DNA from: Flavobacteriales bacterium
Lineage (GTDB): Bacteria > Bacteroidota > Bacteroidia > Palsa-965
Length of the DNA stretch: 64,000 nucleotides
Assembly: GCA_040377305.1 (NCBI GenBank)
Contig: JBEIPA010000013.1
Location: 32,001-96,000 of the forward strand
Direction of reading: 5' to 3'
Shown: piece by piece, positions 9,649 to 19,929 of the stretch
Position numbering within the stretch: position 1 is the first letter of the stretch
Layout of the letters: the number at the start of each line of letters is the position of its first letter
Made by a program: the position numbers and the translations under genes
The notes under the pieces: model-generated
What the model was told of the DNA's origin: nothing
Databases searched by the model: none
Seen by the model: the letters and a program-made list of their open reading frames with translations, nothing else

Positions 9649-11424
9649 TTATTGAACGAATCGCACGGGCCACGTCATCTTTATCGCAACAGGTCGACCA
9701 TTCATTTTGCCGGGAATCCAATTCGGCATTGTACTGAACACACGAATTGCTTCTGTGGCAAATCCAGGCGCACCGGGTACTCCTTTAGCAATTGTTACAT
9801 CCGAAACGGAGCCGTCTGCATTAACCACGAAGGAAACGTAAACGGTTCCCGCCTTGCCTTGTTCCTTTTCCAGTGCCGGAAAAACAATGTTATGTTGCAG
9901 ATACGACTGCAAACTATCGCCTGGAAACTTGGGCATCTCTTCAGCAAAGGAGAAAACATCACGTGTATTCTCTACGCTGGCTTCAGATGCAGCGACGATA
10001 ACATCACCATAGTCGCCTTCCTGAGTGATCTCTCCGATTACTTCTGTTGTTTTTTGCCGAAGATCAAATTCTGTCTTAAAGTGATTCTCTAAAATGGTAT
10101 CATAGGCTACACTACCGGACTTAACTTCAACACCGCTTTTGTTCCAGACGCGGATCGAATCCTGCAAGTAGCCATACCCGGCTTTACCAGTGATTTTCTT
10201 TTTTCCATTCGAATAAAAAGCAATGTACTTTCCGCTTGCACGACCATCTTCATATTCTAAACTCGTGAGCACAGCACCTTTCGAATTATAGCGTGTCCAT
10301 ACTCCTGTTTTTTCACCCCGTAAATAGTTGCCCGTGTAACAAAGAAAACCGGTGCTGTCGTATTCCTGGTAAACTCCTTCTGGTTTGTCGGATCGGCGTT
10401 TTACAACCGACAGAAGTTTTCCGTTGGTATGGTATCTGTATTGCGTACTGAATGGACGATACATATAGGTATATGGATAATCTGCCTTAGACGGAAAAGA
10501 GTCCAGATATATTTCGCGCGTTACCAGATGGCCCTTTAAACTATAATACAAGGAGGAGTCGACCATTTTTTCTGAAGCGTAATAAGTCTGACGGGTGAGT
10601 TTTCCGTTTGTCCATCTTTTCTCCGTGTAGTGTGTTCCGCCGGTGTTTATTCTCACCTGTTGCAGTTTTCCTGACTCAGTCCATGTAGAATCGTAACGGG
10701 TGATTTCCCCACCGAGGTAGTATGCACTCCTGATTCGGACACCTTTACGTTCCGAGTATTCCGTATAAACACTATCGCGTGCACCAAGTTTGTAATGGCC
10801 CGTTGACTTCAGGCTTCCGTTGGCATACCAGATTACTTCTTCTCCGCTTTGTAAACCATCCTGAAAATACTGACGAGCACTGAGCTTGTTGTTTAGATAG
10901 ACAACGCGTGGGCCATCTTGCTTTCCATTTTTGAACGTCGTGGAATCAATAACGGAACCTAAGTACTCGCCGATCTGCGTGGTCTTCACCCACACACCGT
11001 GCATTCTTCCGTTCACGTAGTATCCGCGGATGGTCGGACCGTATGATTCTTCGAAATATTCACCGTGCAGTGTATCATTGCGATACGTTTCCACTTTAAT
11101 CGAATCACCATTATTATTCAGGCGAACCCATGTACCCACCTTCTTACCGTTTGAATAAGTACCAATGGAGGACGGATTTCCGTAATCATTGAACTTTTTC
11201 TCTACGCCGTCCTTTACTCCTGCTTTGTAAGTTGTTTCTTCAAGCAGTTTGCCGCTTTTATGATGGTAAGTCCAGACACCTGTTTTCTGTCCTTTCTTCA
11301 TTTTGCCTTCGCGATAGTATCCGTTCGACTCGGTGATTCGCTCCACACCTTTCTTCTTCTTCTCTTGCGCAAATGAAGAAACGCTACTGAGTAGAGCAAA
11401 AAGGATAAGGACATACAGTTTCAT
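9649..11424 (-). CDS. MORN_2/YwqK-type repeat protein with C-terminal TonB domain
   Basis: Signal peptide; GxWxxYxxxG repeats; EEMPKFPG...GTVYVSFVVNADGSV...WIPGKMNG...PVRF TonB_C; start set at MKLYV. Confidence 0.85.
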   Translation of the reverse strand: MKLYVLILFALLSSVSSFAQEKKKKGVERITESNGYYREGKMKKGQKTGVWTYHHKSGKLLEETTYKAGVKDGVEKKFNDYGNPSSIGTYSNGKKVGTWVRLNNNGDSIKVETYRNDTLHGEYFEESYGPTIRGYYVNGRMHGVWVKTTQIGEYLGSVIDSTTFKNGKQDGPRVVYLNNKLSARQYFQDGLQSGEEVIWYANGSLKSTGHYKLGARDSVYTEYSERKGVRIRSAYYLGGEITRYDSTWTESGKLQQVRINTGGTHYTEKRWTNGKLTRQTYYASEKMVDSSLYYSLKGHLVTREIYLDSFPSKADYPYTYMYRPFSTQYRYHTNGKLLSVVKRRSDKPEGVYQEYDSTGFLCYTGNYLRGEKTGVWTRYNSKGAVLTSLEYEDGRASGKYIAFYSNGKKKITGKAGYGYLQDSIRVWNKSGVEVKSGSVAYDTILENHFKTEFDLRQKTTEVIGEITQEGDYGDVIVAASEASVENTRDVFSFAEEMPKFPGDSLQSYLQHNIVFPALEKEQGKAGTVYVSFVVNADGSVSDVTIAKGVPGAPGFATEAIRVFSTMPNWIPGKMNGRPVAIKMTWPVRFVQ

Positions 11425-11483
11425 AGAGTTCAATTTTGCTGCAAGTTATAGAATCAATACGAGCAGAATTCTTCGGAGTCTAT

Positions 11484-13055
11484 TCATTCCAAACTAAACC
11501 GTATGGGCAAACTCCAGAGTACACGAACTGGTCCTGAAGCATCTTCTCCCGGAATCCATTTCGGCATTGATTTTACTAAGCGAATAGCTTCGTTTTTGAA
11601 TGCGCGGTTATTCTCAGGTGTGACCTTGGTAATCTGAATGCCCGTTAATGAACCATCTGCTTCCACGATATACTGCACATCAACCCGACCTTCGATTTCC
11701 GTTTCCAATTCGTGCCGTGGATATTTCAGGTTCCGGAACATAAATGCACGTAAGGAATCGTTGCCGCCGGGAAACGTTGGTATCACTGGTGGAATTAATA
11801 CCAGATCATGTGCATCAGATAACCTGTAAGGCGACTCAGGTCCATCGGGAACATTGTAAAGCGGAATAACCGCGAGTGAGTTTTCAATGGAATCAATTTG
11901 AGCAAACACCTTGTTGTAAGCTGGCGTGGCCATTCGTAGTTTCTTGCCCTCAATTGAATACACTTGAATGCTGTCTTCTGCATAACGAACACGCATATTT
12001 CCGTTGTCGTAGTAGTACGTTGTCGCGATAATGCTTCCGTGTTTGAAGTTGACTATACGAGTTACATTTCCATTCGCGCCATAATCATAGCGCAGACTGT
12101 CTTTCCCATCCGGACTGCTCAGTGTCTTGATCAACAACTTTCCGTTTTGATCATACACGTAGTTTGCTGAATGCACCACAGATTTACCATCGTAACACTT
12201 CTTGTAAATCGAACGCGATTGAATTTTTCCGTTCGTATGATATAGATGAATACTATCGACAATGAAACTGCTGTACCATTCTATCTTTCCCGGAACACCA
12301 GGTTTCTGATTGATGATAAATACTGCGGCATCATTGGGCGAGCGATATCTCGTTTCGCAGTAGATCGAGTCGCTGTTTGCAAAAAATAACTTTTCGGTTT
12401 TGTCTTTCTTCCCGTTTGCATACCACAACTCAATCATGACATGGCCATTCATCGATATTCGCCAGACACTATCGCGCACATCGTTCTTGTAATAACCGTG
12501 TACCACGCGATTGTCAAATAGTTCAGCGTGAAAAGATCCATTACGTTTATCGGCTGAATAGTTGCAAACGATGAGTGAATCTCCGTTGCTGATAGTCCAC
12601 GTGCCCGTTTTTTGATCCTGATACATTTCGCCCCGTGACCAATATTGTGTAACAGTATCCCGTTCATACGTGTATCCGAAACGTTGTCCGTACAAATATG
12701 TACAGTACTGAGTTGTGTCGCCTTTCTGGTCGAATGTTGCGCTGATTCCATTTCGCTTGCCATCGAAGTAGGTAATCACCCACTGCCGATTTCCATTTGG
12801 CCAATAGCCGGAATGCTCACCCCAGGCTTTACCATGCCTGTATCGGCCGACACTTTTTCGTTTATGAGTCGGGTAGGAAGTATACCACTTACCGTGTTTC
12901 AGGTAATTCTTCGTTCGCCCAACAGAAATGCTTCCGTCTTCGTGGTGAATGACATTGCGCCCATGTTTCTTGTCTGTTGTTGCCTGAGAATGCAACAGGA
13001 TTGAAGTACACAAAAAAATGAAGCAGAGTAATGGTCGGAGTTGTGGGATTGACAT
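11484..13055 (-). CDS. MORN_2/YwqK-type repeat protein with C-terminal TonB domain
   Basis: Signal peptide; MORN-like repeats; PTFPGG...LKYP...EGRVDVQYIVEADG...MPKWIPG. Confidence 0.85.
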   Translation of the reverse strand: MSIPQLRPLLCFIFLCTSILLHSQATTDKKHGRNVIHHEDGSISVGRTKNYLKHGKWYTSYPTHKRKSVGRYRHGKAWGEHSGYWPNGNRQWVITYFDGKRNGISATFDQKGDTTQYCTYLYGQRFGYTYERDTVTQYWSRGEMYQDQKTGTWTISNGDSLIVCNYSADKRNGSFHAELFDNRVVHGYYKNDVRDSVWRISMNGHVMIELWYANGKKDKTEKLFFANSDSIYCETRYRSPNDAAVFIINQKPGVPGKIEWYSSFIVDSIHLYHTNGKIQSRSIYKKCYDGKSVVHSANYVYDQNGKLLIKTLSSPDGKDSLRYDYGANGNVTRIVNFKHGSIIATTYYYDNGNMRVRYAEDSIQVYSIEGKKLRMATPAYNKVFAQIDSIENSLAVIPLYNVPDGPESPYRLSDAHDLVLIPPVIPTFPGGNDSLRAFMFRNLKYPRHELETEIEGRVDVQYIVEADGSLTGIQITKVTPENNRAFKNEAIRLVKSMPKWIPGEDASGPVRVLWSLPIRFSLE

Positions 13056-13152
13056 TGGAATACAATTTACAACTCCAGCGTGATCAAACCACGATCACAT
13101 AGTGGAATGTTCGTTTCGTTTTACAACTGGTAGTAAAACCGAGAACCTGAAA

Positions 13153-14808
13153 CTACTGCAGCTTAAACTTCACCGGCAGCGTATAGTACACCCTTACAAT
13201 TTTCCCTTTCGTTTTCGCGGGAGTCCATTTCGGCATAGCGCGCATAAGCTGCATCGTTTCTTTCGTGAAGCCCGGTGCACCCGCAACCACTTTCACAATT
13301 TGGATATCGGAAAGTGTTCCATCTTTTTCTACAAGGAATTTAATGTGTACTTCTCCTTCTTTACTCAAGCGGCGCTCCGGTTCCGGATACTGAACATGCT
13401 TTTTAATAAATGCATTCAGCGAGTCTTTTCCACCCGGGAACATAGCAGGAATGTCTGACCATTTTCCTTCACCGGTAATTGAATCACCCATCATCACAAC
13501 TCCTTTGCGTTTGTGATCGGCAGGAAAATTATTCGGGTCACGGAAATTCACTTCCGGAAACTGGTTCTGAACCTCAGCAATTGTTTTCGAGTAATTCGGA
13601 TTCGACGGCGGCACGCGCGAACCGTTTTTATCGTAGACGAGAATGGTATCCGTAATCGATTCGTAGCAATACGCTTTCACTTTCATCTTACCGTTCGGAT
13701 GATACGCCATGAACCAACCAAACGGTAAATTCTCCTGGTAGTTGATGGTGGTTTGCAAACGCCCGAGTGAATCGTACAGCAACCACGTTCCTGTTTTCTG
13801 CAAACGATGCTTGTAGCCTTTCGCCTGCAATTTTCCATTCGCATGATAAGCGCGATAGAAATAGAACTGCGTCATTCCATCATCATTGGTATAGGAAGTG
13901 TACAGTTCATCTTTCGCGCGACCTGACGGATGATATGAAATTGCTGAATCGAGATTGCCTTGGCCGTTGTAATACCAGCGCGACGCAAGTTTTCCGTTCG
14001 GATCATTTGTAACAACCAGTCTCACTTCTCCGTTCGGGTGGTAAGATGTTATGGCATGAATCTTCGTAGTGTCATCACCGTATTCAGTCGTATTCGCTGC
14101 GTGTATGCCACGTTCGAAATCGTGTACGAAGTGAAGTTTACCTCTGCGGTACTCCCGCCAAATACCGTCTTTTTCATCGTCAACGTAATTTCCCGATTTA
14201 GAAAGTTGTCCGGTTTTCACATCGTATTCGCGATAGGAACCATTGCGCTTGCCTTGCTGCCAGAATGTTTCAGAATAACGAACACCATTGTGATAAATCA
14301 CAGAACGGCCTTCGCGTAAACCATTCACGAACATCGTACTGTCTTTTACGCGATTGTTGTAATGATCAATACTGTCTGCTACTCGCAATCCGGTTTTCTT
14401 GCCACGATCGTATGTGCCCACAATTTTCTTATCATCCCATTCATAATAGTACTTACCGTGTAATGTGTCAAACAACCAGCCGATTTCACTTACAACTTTT
14501 CCGTTCACTTTCGTAATGAAAATTCCGTTACGCTGATTCACAGTATAATTGCCACGTACTTCAGTCGAATCTTCGATTCGCCAAAAAGCACCGCTGCGTT
14601 TTCCGTTCAGAAAATTTTCCTCACGAATTATTTTACCTTTTGAGTCGTAAGTTGTCCAGGTTCCTTCGCGCTGACCATCTTTAATTCTGCCTTTTTCAAC
14701 ACGACCTTTTTCAATGGGAATGGAAATCTTCCCGTTTTTCTTTTGTGCAGAGACAGGAATAGAAAAGAGGAAAAGGCAGAGCAGCGCTGCTAGTAAACTG
14801 TACTTCAT
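13153..14808 (-). CDS. MORN_2/YwqK-type repeat protein with C-terminal TonB domain
   Basis: Start set at MKYSLL; signal peptide; MORN-like repeats; PAMFPGG...VQYP...EGEVHIKFLVEKDG...MPKWTP. Confidence 0.85.
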   Translation of the reverse strand: MKYSLLAALLCLFLFSIPVSAQKKNGKISIPIEKGRVEKGRIKDGQREGTWTTYDSKGKIIREENFLNGKRSGAFWRIEDSTEVRGNYTVNQRNGIFITKVNGKVVSEIGWLFDTLHGKYYYEWDDKKIVGTYDRGKKTGLRVADSIDHYNNRVKDSTMFVNGLREGRSVIYHNGVRYSETFWQQGKRNGSYREYDVKTGQLSKSGNYVDDEKDGIWREYRRGKLHFVHDFERGIHAANTTEYGDDTTKIHAITSYHPNGEVRLVVTNDPNGKLASRWYYNGQGNLDSAISYHPSGRAKDELYTSYTNDDGMTQFYFYRAYHANGKLQAKGYKHRLQKTGTWLLYDSLGRLQTTINYQENLPFGWFMAYHPNGKMKVKAYCYESITDTILVYDKNGSRVPPSNPNYSKTIAEVQNQFPEVNFRDPNNFPADHKRKGVVMMGDSITGEGKWSDIPAMFPGGKDSLNAFIKKHVQYPEPERRLSKEGEVHIKFLVEKDGTLSDIQIVKVVAGAPGFTKETMQLMRAMPKWTPAKTKGKIVRVYYTLPVKFKLQ

Positions 14809-14903
14809 GAAATGGGTATTTGCCGGTTCGAAGGTACGTACGAAGAGCAGGGGAGGCAAGATTTATTCGAAAGGAAGTCGCGTTTAACAGTGAGTTTGCC
14901 TCT

Positions 14904-14941
14904 AAAAAACAAACCCCGGCTATCTGTGCAGATGCCGGGGT
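14904..14941 (-). terminator. Intrinsic terminator
   Basis: accccggc...gccggggt stem with T-rich tail on minus strand, downstream of 14993-15583. Confidence 0.65.
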
Positions 14942-14992
14942 GAATCGTGTCGTGTCCAGACGAGCATTCGCTGTCTGGACAAGTAGCTGTTG

Positions 14993-15583
14993 TTATTTTA
15001 CAGTCACCTGTTTGCTGTAGTATTCCTGAACAGATGAGCTTACAATCGTATAAGTTCCTGCAGCGAGACGCGCTTCGAGATCCGTTGCAAGCAGAGGATC
15101 AGAATCGCTGGTAACTTCAACTTTAGTGTAGTATTCGTCGCCTGCATTGTTGCGAACAACAATTAGAATTGGGCCGTGTGATGTACCAGCTGTTGATTTT
15201 CCAACGGAAGGAGAAGTCGGAGCGCCAGCCTTGTATTTAACCGGAGTTGCATTCGAAAAAGTAATGTTACCATCAGCATCTATTACTTTGATGCGGTAGT
15301 AAGACATTCCGTCGAGCGGCTGAAAATCTGTTTCCATGAATTCCGTATTCACCGAACCTGGTTCAATGCGTGCGATTGAAGCGAAATCGATGCCGTTCTT
15401 AGAGCGCTCGAGTTCATATACATCAATCGATGATCCGGTGGTTGACCACGAAAGAAGCACATGTGAGTCGAGTGGGGTAGCGGTCAGGCTGGTCACAAAA
15501 CCGTCCTTAGTTGCGGAGACTTCAGTCGCATTCACGCTAAGCGTGAAGAGGAGAACCGCGGCAGACAAAATAACCTTGCGCAT
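14993..15583 (-). CDS. Secreted protein with FN3-like module
   Basis: Signal peptide; VLLSW.T...YELERSKNGIDF...SYYRIKVIDADG motif common in Bacteroidota exported proteins. Confidence 0.7.
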   Translation of the reverse strand: MRKVILSAAVLLFTLSVNATEVSATKDGFVTSLTATPLDSHVLLSWSTTGSSIDVYELERSKNGIDFASIARIEPGSVNTEFMETDFQPLDGMSYYRIKVIDADGNITFSNATPVKYKAGAPTSPSVGKSTAGTSHGPILIVVRNNAGDEYYTKVEVTSDSDPLLATDLEARLAAGTYTIVSSSVQEYYSKQVTVK

Positions 15584-15769
15584 GAAATTGGAGTTATGTT
15601 TTTTTCGTGTGTCTTATAAATGTACAAAAGCGTTTCTTTGCATGCAAGAGTGAACGGCTCATTTTCAGGGAATTAGTGGTTAGTAAATGAGTCTGGTCAG
15701 TACGATCACAAAATATAAATTAATCTGAATTTAACACAACTTTGTCGAATGATTTGCCACCTTAATGCC

Positions 15770-16804
15770 ATGAAAAGCCTCTTCACCCTAATTCTGTTTA
15801 CCGTCCTCACGACCTCGATTTTCGCTCAGAAAGACGCAATGGTCGCTTTCTGGAATGTGGAAAACTTGTACGACACGGTAGATGATCCGGCTGTGCAAGA
15901 CGAGGAATTTCTGCCTTCCGCTAAGAAGGAATGGAACTCCGTAAAGTATAATACGAAGCTGAAAAACACGGCTGAAGTCGTTCTGAAGATGAACAACGGC
16001 ATCGGTCCTGATATTCTCGGCATGGCTGAAGTGGAAAACAAAGATGTGCTAGTTGATCTCACCACGAAAACCGATCTCAAAAAACAGAAGTACGGAATTG
16101 TACATTATAATTCTCCTGACCAACGCGGAATTGATGTGGCGCTGATTTATAAAACGAAATCGTTTACAGTGCTGTCGTCATCAAGTGTTCCTGTTGTGTT
16201 ACCGATTGGACCGAAGGATTCAGCCGCACCCCGACCAACTCGCGATATTCTTGTTGTGCGCGGAATCCTAAACAAGAAAGACACGATTTGTATTCTCGTT
16301 AATCACTGGCCATCGCGTTTAGGTGGAGTGGAGCAGAGTGATCCGAAGAGATTGGCGGCAGCGAAGACTGCGGGGCTGATCGTAGATAGTCTCCGTCAAT
16401 TGTACACTAATGTCGAAATACTTTTGATGGGTGATTTCAATGATGAGCCCACTGATGCAAGTGTTAAGTCCTTGACGTATGATTACAAATTAGCTCACAT
16501 GCCATACGGCGGCATGGTTAAGATAATTGACAACCTGATGGACTCCATCAAAGCATCAGGAGACGGAACTCACTACTACAAAAAGGAAAAAAGCTGCCTC
16601 GATCAGATTCTGGTGACGACGAACTTAAAAGAGAAGAAGTCATACTACGTCACACAAGCATTCATCTTCAAACCCGATTGGCTTTTCGCAGAGGTGTATA
16701 AGAATGATGGATTATCTCCGAAGAGAACGTGGGCGGGATCGAGATATATTGGTGGATATAGCGATCACTTGCCGGTTTACACGATTCTGAAGTACCAGAA
16801 ATAG
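15770..16804 (+). CDS. Endonuclease/exonuclease/phosphatase family secreted nuclease
   Basis: WNVENLYD, EVEN, NHWPSR, GDFND, YSDHLP motifs; signal peptide. Confidence 0.92.
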   Translation: MKSLFTLILFTVLTTSIFAQKDAMVAFWNVENLYDTVDDPAVQDEEFLPSAKKEWNSVKYNTKLKNTAEVVLKMNNGIGPDILGMAEVENKDVLVDLTTKTDLKKQKYGIVHYNSPDQRGIDVALIYKTKSFTVLSSSSVPVVLPIGPKDSAAPRPTRDILVVRGILNKKDTICILVNHWPSRLGGVEQSDPKRLAAAKTAGLIVDSLRQLYTNVEILLMGDFNDEPTDASVKSLTYDYKLAHMPYGGMVKIIDNLMDSIKASGDGTHYYKKEKSCLDQILVTTNLKEKKSYYVTQAFIFKPDWLFAEVYKNDGLSPKRTWAGSRYIGGYSDHLPVYTILKYQK

Positions 16805-16815
16805 CTCTCGTTTCT

Positions 16816-16884
16816 CTGCGAGGCCTTACACGGCGACACAGAGAAACGGAGCCCGTTGTTTTCTAGTTCCCACGAGAAACGGCG
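16816..16884. repeat. Left arm of inverted repeat flanking the GxxExxY gene
   Basis: 16869-16884 is the exact reverse complement of 17496-17511; 16816-16851 matches reverse complement of 17639-17674 at 32/36. Confidence 0.85.
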
Positions 16885-16940
16885 CATCACTGGCGCGATG
16901 TCAATCCTGGTTAGCAGCAGTTCAATTGAAAACGAAATTC

Positions 16941-17381
16941 TTAATCGCGGAGTTTCTTTTCCCATTCAGTTGCGTCGTCTAGTCTTTTGCGTGTAATTCC
17001 TTCTTTCATAAGTGGAACATGAAAATTCGCAACATAGCCGAGTCGCTTACCGGCAAGTTTCATATAGCTGAGTAGTTGCGCTTCATGTACAGGTAAAATA
17101 TCTGCAACGGATTTCAATTCGATGATAATTTCATCTTCCACGAGTATGTCCAATCGAAAATGCTTCTTTAATACTTTACCTCGATATGTAACTGGTATCC
17201 GTAGCTGGGGTTGGAACTTTATCCCACGATGAGTTAATTCTTCCTCAAGGCAAGCTTGGTAAATCGATTCGTGAAATCCTGGCCCAGTTCTTCGGTGAAC
17301 TGAAAACATTGCATCTACGGCTTTGTCAGCGATCTTATTTAATTCCTCGATGCTCTTCGGTGTTTTTCCTTCGTCATTCAT
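16941..17381 (-). CDS. GxxExxY protein (PD-(D/E)XK nuclease superfamily)
   Basis: GPGFHESIY, RLDILVE..IIELKSV, AQLLSY motifs. Confidence 0.93.
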   Translation of the reverse strand: MNDEGKTPKSIEELNKIADKAVDAMFSVHRRTGPGFHESIYQACLEEELTHRGIKFQPQLRIPVTYRGKVLKKHFRLDILVEDEIIIELKSVADILPVHEAQLLSYMKLAGKRLGYVANFHVPLMKEGITRKRLDDATEWEKKLRD

Positions 17382-17410
17382 ATAATTAGGTTTAAGGTTT
17401 ATATATGAGG

Positions 17411-17418
17411 CAAAGTTA
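17411..17418 (-). promoter_or_regulatory. -7 promoter box (TAACTTTG) for the GxxExxY gene
   Basis: Exact TAnnTTTG match about 30 bp upstream of ATG. Confidence 0.6.
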
Positions 17419-17496
17419 AATCAGCATTTTTAAAATAGCCGTTTACAAACGTTTATGTTTAAGACGGTAACAACAATAGAGATCGCCTTGCGATCC

Positions 17497-17678
17497 GCCG
17501 TTTCTCGTGGGTTTAGAATGAGGAATGTTTTTAGGTCTCGGAAATTTCTCCGTTGCGCTGTGCCGCCATGTAAAGCGCCGCAGGCATGCCGTCACTCGTG
17601 GGTTTAGGATGAGGAAAGGATTTAGGTCTCAGAAATTTCTCCGTTTCGCTGTGTCGCCGTGTAAAGCGCCGCAGGCAT
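17497..17678. repeat. Two tandem imperfect 91-bp units (right arm of the GxxExxY inverted repeat)
   Basis: 17497-17587 and 17588-17678 both read gccgt..ctcgtgggtttag...taaagcgccgcaggcat. Confidence 0.9.
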
Positions 17679-17679
17679 A

Positions 17680-19770
17680 CTAAAGTTTGACAGCAACAAC
17701 ACACACATCATCCACCTGATCGAAATTCTTCTTCCACTCTTCAAACGACTTCCGTATAAACTCCGATTGCTCCTGCATGGATTTATCCGAAACAGAAACC
17801 AGCAATTCCTTAAACGGTTTATACTTCATCTTCTTCCCGAAAGGTCCGCCAAACTGATCAGCATATCCATCCGAGAACAATACAACTTCATCTCCTTTTT
17901 CAATTTTCACCGTGTGCAGTTGATAAGGACGATAACGTGACTCTCCGGCACCAATCATCAGCTTATCCGCTTTGTACTCTGTGATCACACCATTGCGTAA
18001 AACGTACATCGGATTAAACGCACCCGAATAATAAATCGTTTGAGATTTCTCGTGATAGCAGCATAACGCAACATCCATTCCGTCTTGCACAGAGTTTCCT
18101 TCCTCTTCATTCCGGTGACGAAGTACACGGTGAATTTCCTCATCGAGAAACGCAAGAATCTTATCCGGCATTACCAACTTGTGATCACTTAAGGCTTTTC
18201 CCAGAATGCTGTGACCAACTACACTCAATAATGCGCCCGGAACTCCGTGACCCGTACAATCGATTACACCAAACAACTTGTAATCACCTTCCTGTTCGAA
18301 CCAGAAGAAATCTCCACTCACAATATCTTTCGGAAGAAAACAACACCATGAATCCGAAAACAACTCGCGCATTTTTTCATCCGAAGGAAGAATCGCGTTC
18401 TGAATTCTCTTCGAATAAACAATAGAATCTGTAATGTCTTTGTTTTTCTCCTCGATAATTTCCTTCTGCTCCTGAATTTCTTCTTTCTGCTTCTCGAGTA
18501 ATTGTGCACTTCGCTTCTTCACGAGGTAACGATTAAATGCAACCATTCCAAGAATGAGTACAAGCACACCCAGAACGATAGCCGCAAGCAACATGAGGTC
18601 TTTCTTTTCACCCTTCGCCTTCTCCAAATCCAACTCTCGCTGATTTCTTTCATTTTCAATGGCAACACGCATCTCATTCACGATACTGCTCTTGTTCATG
18701 TTGAACATGGTATCGCGGGTGGCCTGCATTTTCTTGTAATAGAACAATGCAGAATCGAGCTTGCCGGTGTGTTCATACGTGCGGGAAATTTCCTCGTAGT
18801 AATTGTCCATCGTATAGATGTCCTGAATTTCTTCCGCAATCTTGACACCGCGTGAGAGGTAAAACAATGCGCTGTCATACATGCCCAGTTCATTGAAAAG
18901 ATTTCCTAAATGATAACTCGATTCCGAAATCACCGATCCCGATTCAATGAGATAGCCTAGCGCAATTGATTTGCGGAAATACGCAAGCGCCGTATCTGTT
19001 TGTCCTTTCCAGTGCTCAATAATGGCAAGGTGATCGAAAGATGATGCGAGTGCGCGCGTGTTGTCGTACTTCACCGAGAAGTAGTGTGCGCGGCGAAATG
19101 CTTTCTCGGCTTTTGATGTATCGCCAAGCTGCATATATGTAGCTCCAAGGTTTCCATACACGATGTACAATTTCTCATCGGTGGAATCAAGCTCAAGCAT
19201 GGTCTTCAACGCTTCCTCGTAAAATACCAGCGCTGAATCGTGCTGCTCCATCACAGAGTAAATGGTACCGATGTTCACTTTCATGTACACCGTCTTGAAC
19301 GGTTGATTGGAAAGCTTCGTCCAGTAATCGCTCTTCAGATAGCAGTCGAGGCATTTTTTATTCTGTCCGATGTCGCCATAGGAATTGCCCAGGTTGGAAT
19401 ACAAAGCCGCCAGCTCACTTGGTTTTTCACGAGGCAGTGCCCGCTCCAATCCCATCTCGAAATATTTAATGGCACTGTCATGCTTGCTGATGTTGTAATA
19501 CACCAGGCCTTTCTGCAGGTAACCACCGATAATTCCACCTTCCCACTCGAGTTCCATTGCGAGCTCCAGCGATTGCTCTGCATACTCTAAAGCGATGGCA
19601 GGATTGTCGTGACGGTTGTAATAAGAAATTTCCCGGAGAACATTCACCCGATGCGTGTCTTCCGCGGTCGGTAACACCTTCATGAGACTGTCGGATTTTT
19701 CCTTGTCTTGAGCGCACAGGAAAGCCGGCAAAAATGCGAGTAAGAAAAGTAGGGCTGAATTCCGATTCAT
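17680..19770 (-). CDS. Membrane-anchored TPR sensor with cytoplasmic PP2C/SpoIIE phosphatase
   Basis: Signal peptide, TPRs, TM helix, coiled coil, VSGDF, DCTGHG, DGMD, SDGYADQFGG, VDDV; start set at MNRNS. Confidence 0.9.
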   Translation of the reverse strand: MNRNSALLFLLAFLPAFLCAQDKEKSDSLMKVLPTAEDTHRVNVLREISYYNRHDNPAIALEYAEQSLELAMELEWEGGIIGGYLQKGLVYYNISKHDSAIKYFEMGLERALPREKPSELAALYSNLGNSYGDIGQNKKCLDCYLKSDYWTKLSNQPFKTVYMKVNIGTIYSVMEQHDSALVFYEEALKTMLELDSTDEKLYIVYGNLGATYMQLGDTSKAEKAFRRAHYFSVKYDNTRALASSFDHLAIIEHWKGQTDTALAYFRKSIALGYLIESGSVISESSYHLGNLFNELGMYDSALFYLSRGVKIAEEIQDIYTMDNYYEEISRTYEHTGKLDSALFYYKKMQATRDTMFNMNKSSIVNEMRVAIENERNQRELDLEKAKGEKKDLMLLAAIVLGVLVLILGMVAFNRYLVKKRSAQLLEKQKEEIQEQKEIIEEKNKDITDSIVYSKRIQNAILPSDEKMRELFSDSWCCFLPKDIVSGDFFWFEQEGDYKLFGVIDCTGHGVPGALLSVVGHSILGKALSDHKLVMPDKILAFLDEEIHRVLRHRNEEEGNSVQDGMDVALCCYHEKSQTIYYSGAFNPMYVLRNGVITEYKADKLMIGAGESRYRPYQLHTVKIEKGDEVVLFSDGYADQFGGPFGKKMKYKPFKELLVSVSDKSMQEQSEFIRKSFEEWKKNFDQVDDVCVVAVKL

Positions 19771-19929
19771 GGGTCCGGTGAAAGTACGAAATAACACCCG
19801 AAAAGATGATGGGATTACCTGATGATAAAATGATAGCATGGAGCCCTCGTGGATCTACCGGTTTCGCATCCAATAATCCAATAATTCTATCATCCTATCA
19901 TCGGCGAAAAGTCACGTTCTTTGCAGCGA

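Noticed and set aside
17497-17678. CRISPR array
   Set aside because: Two contiguous 91-bp units with no spacers
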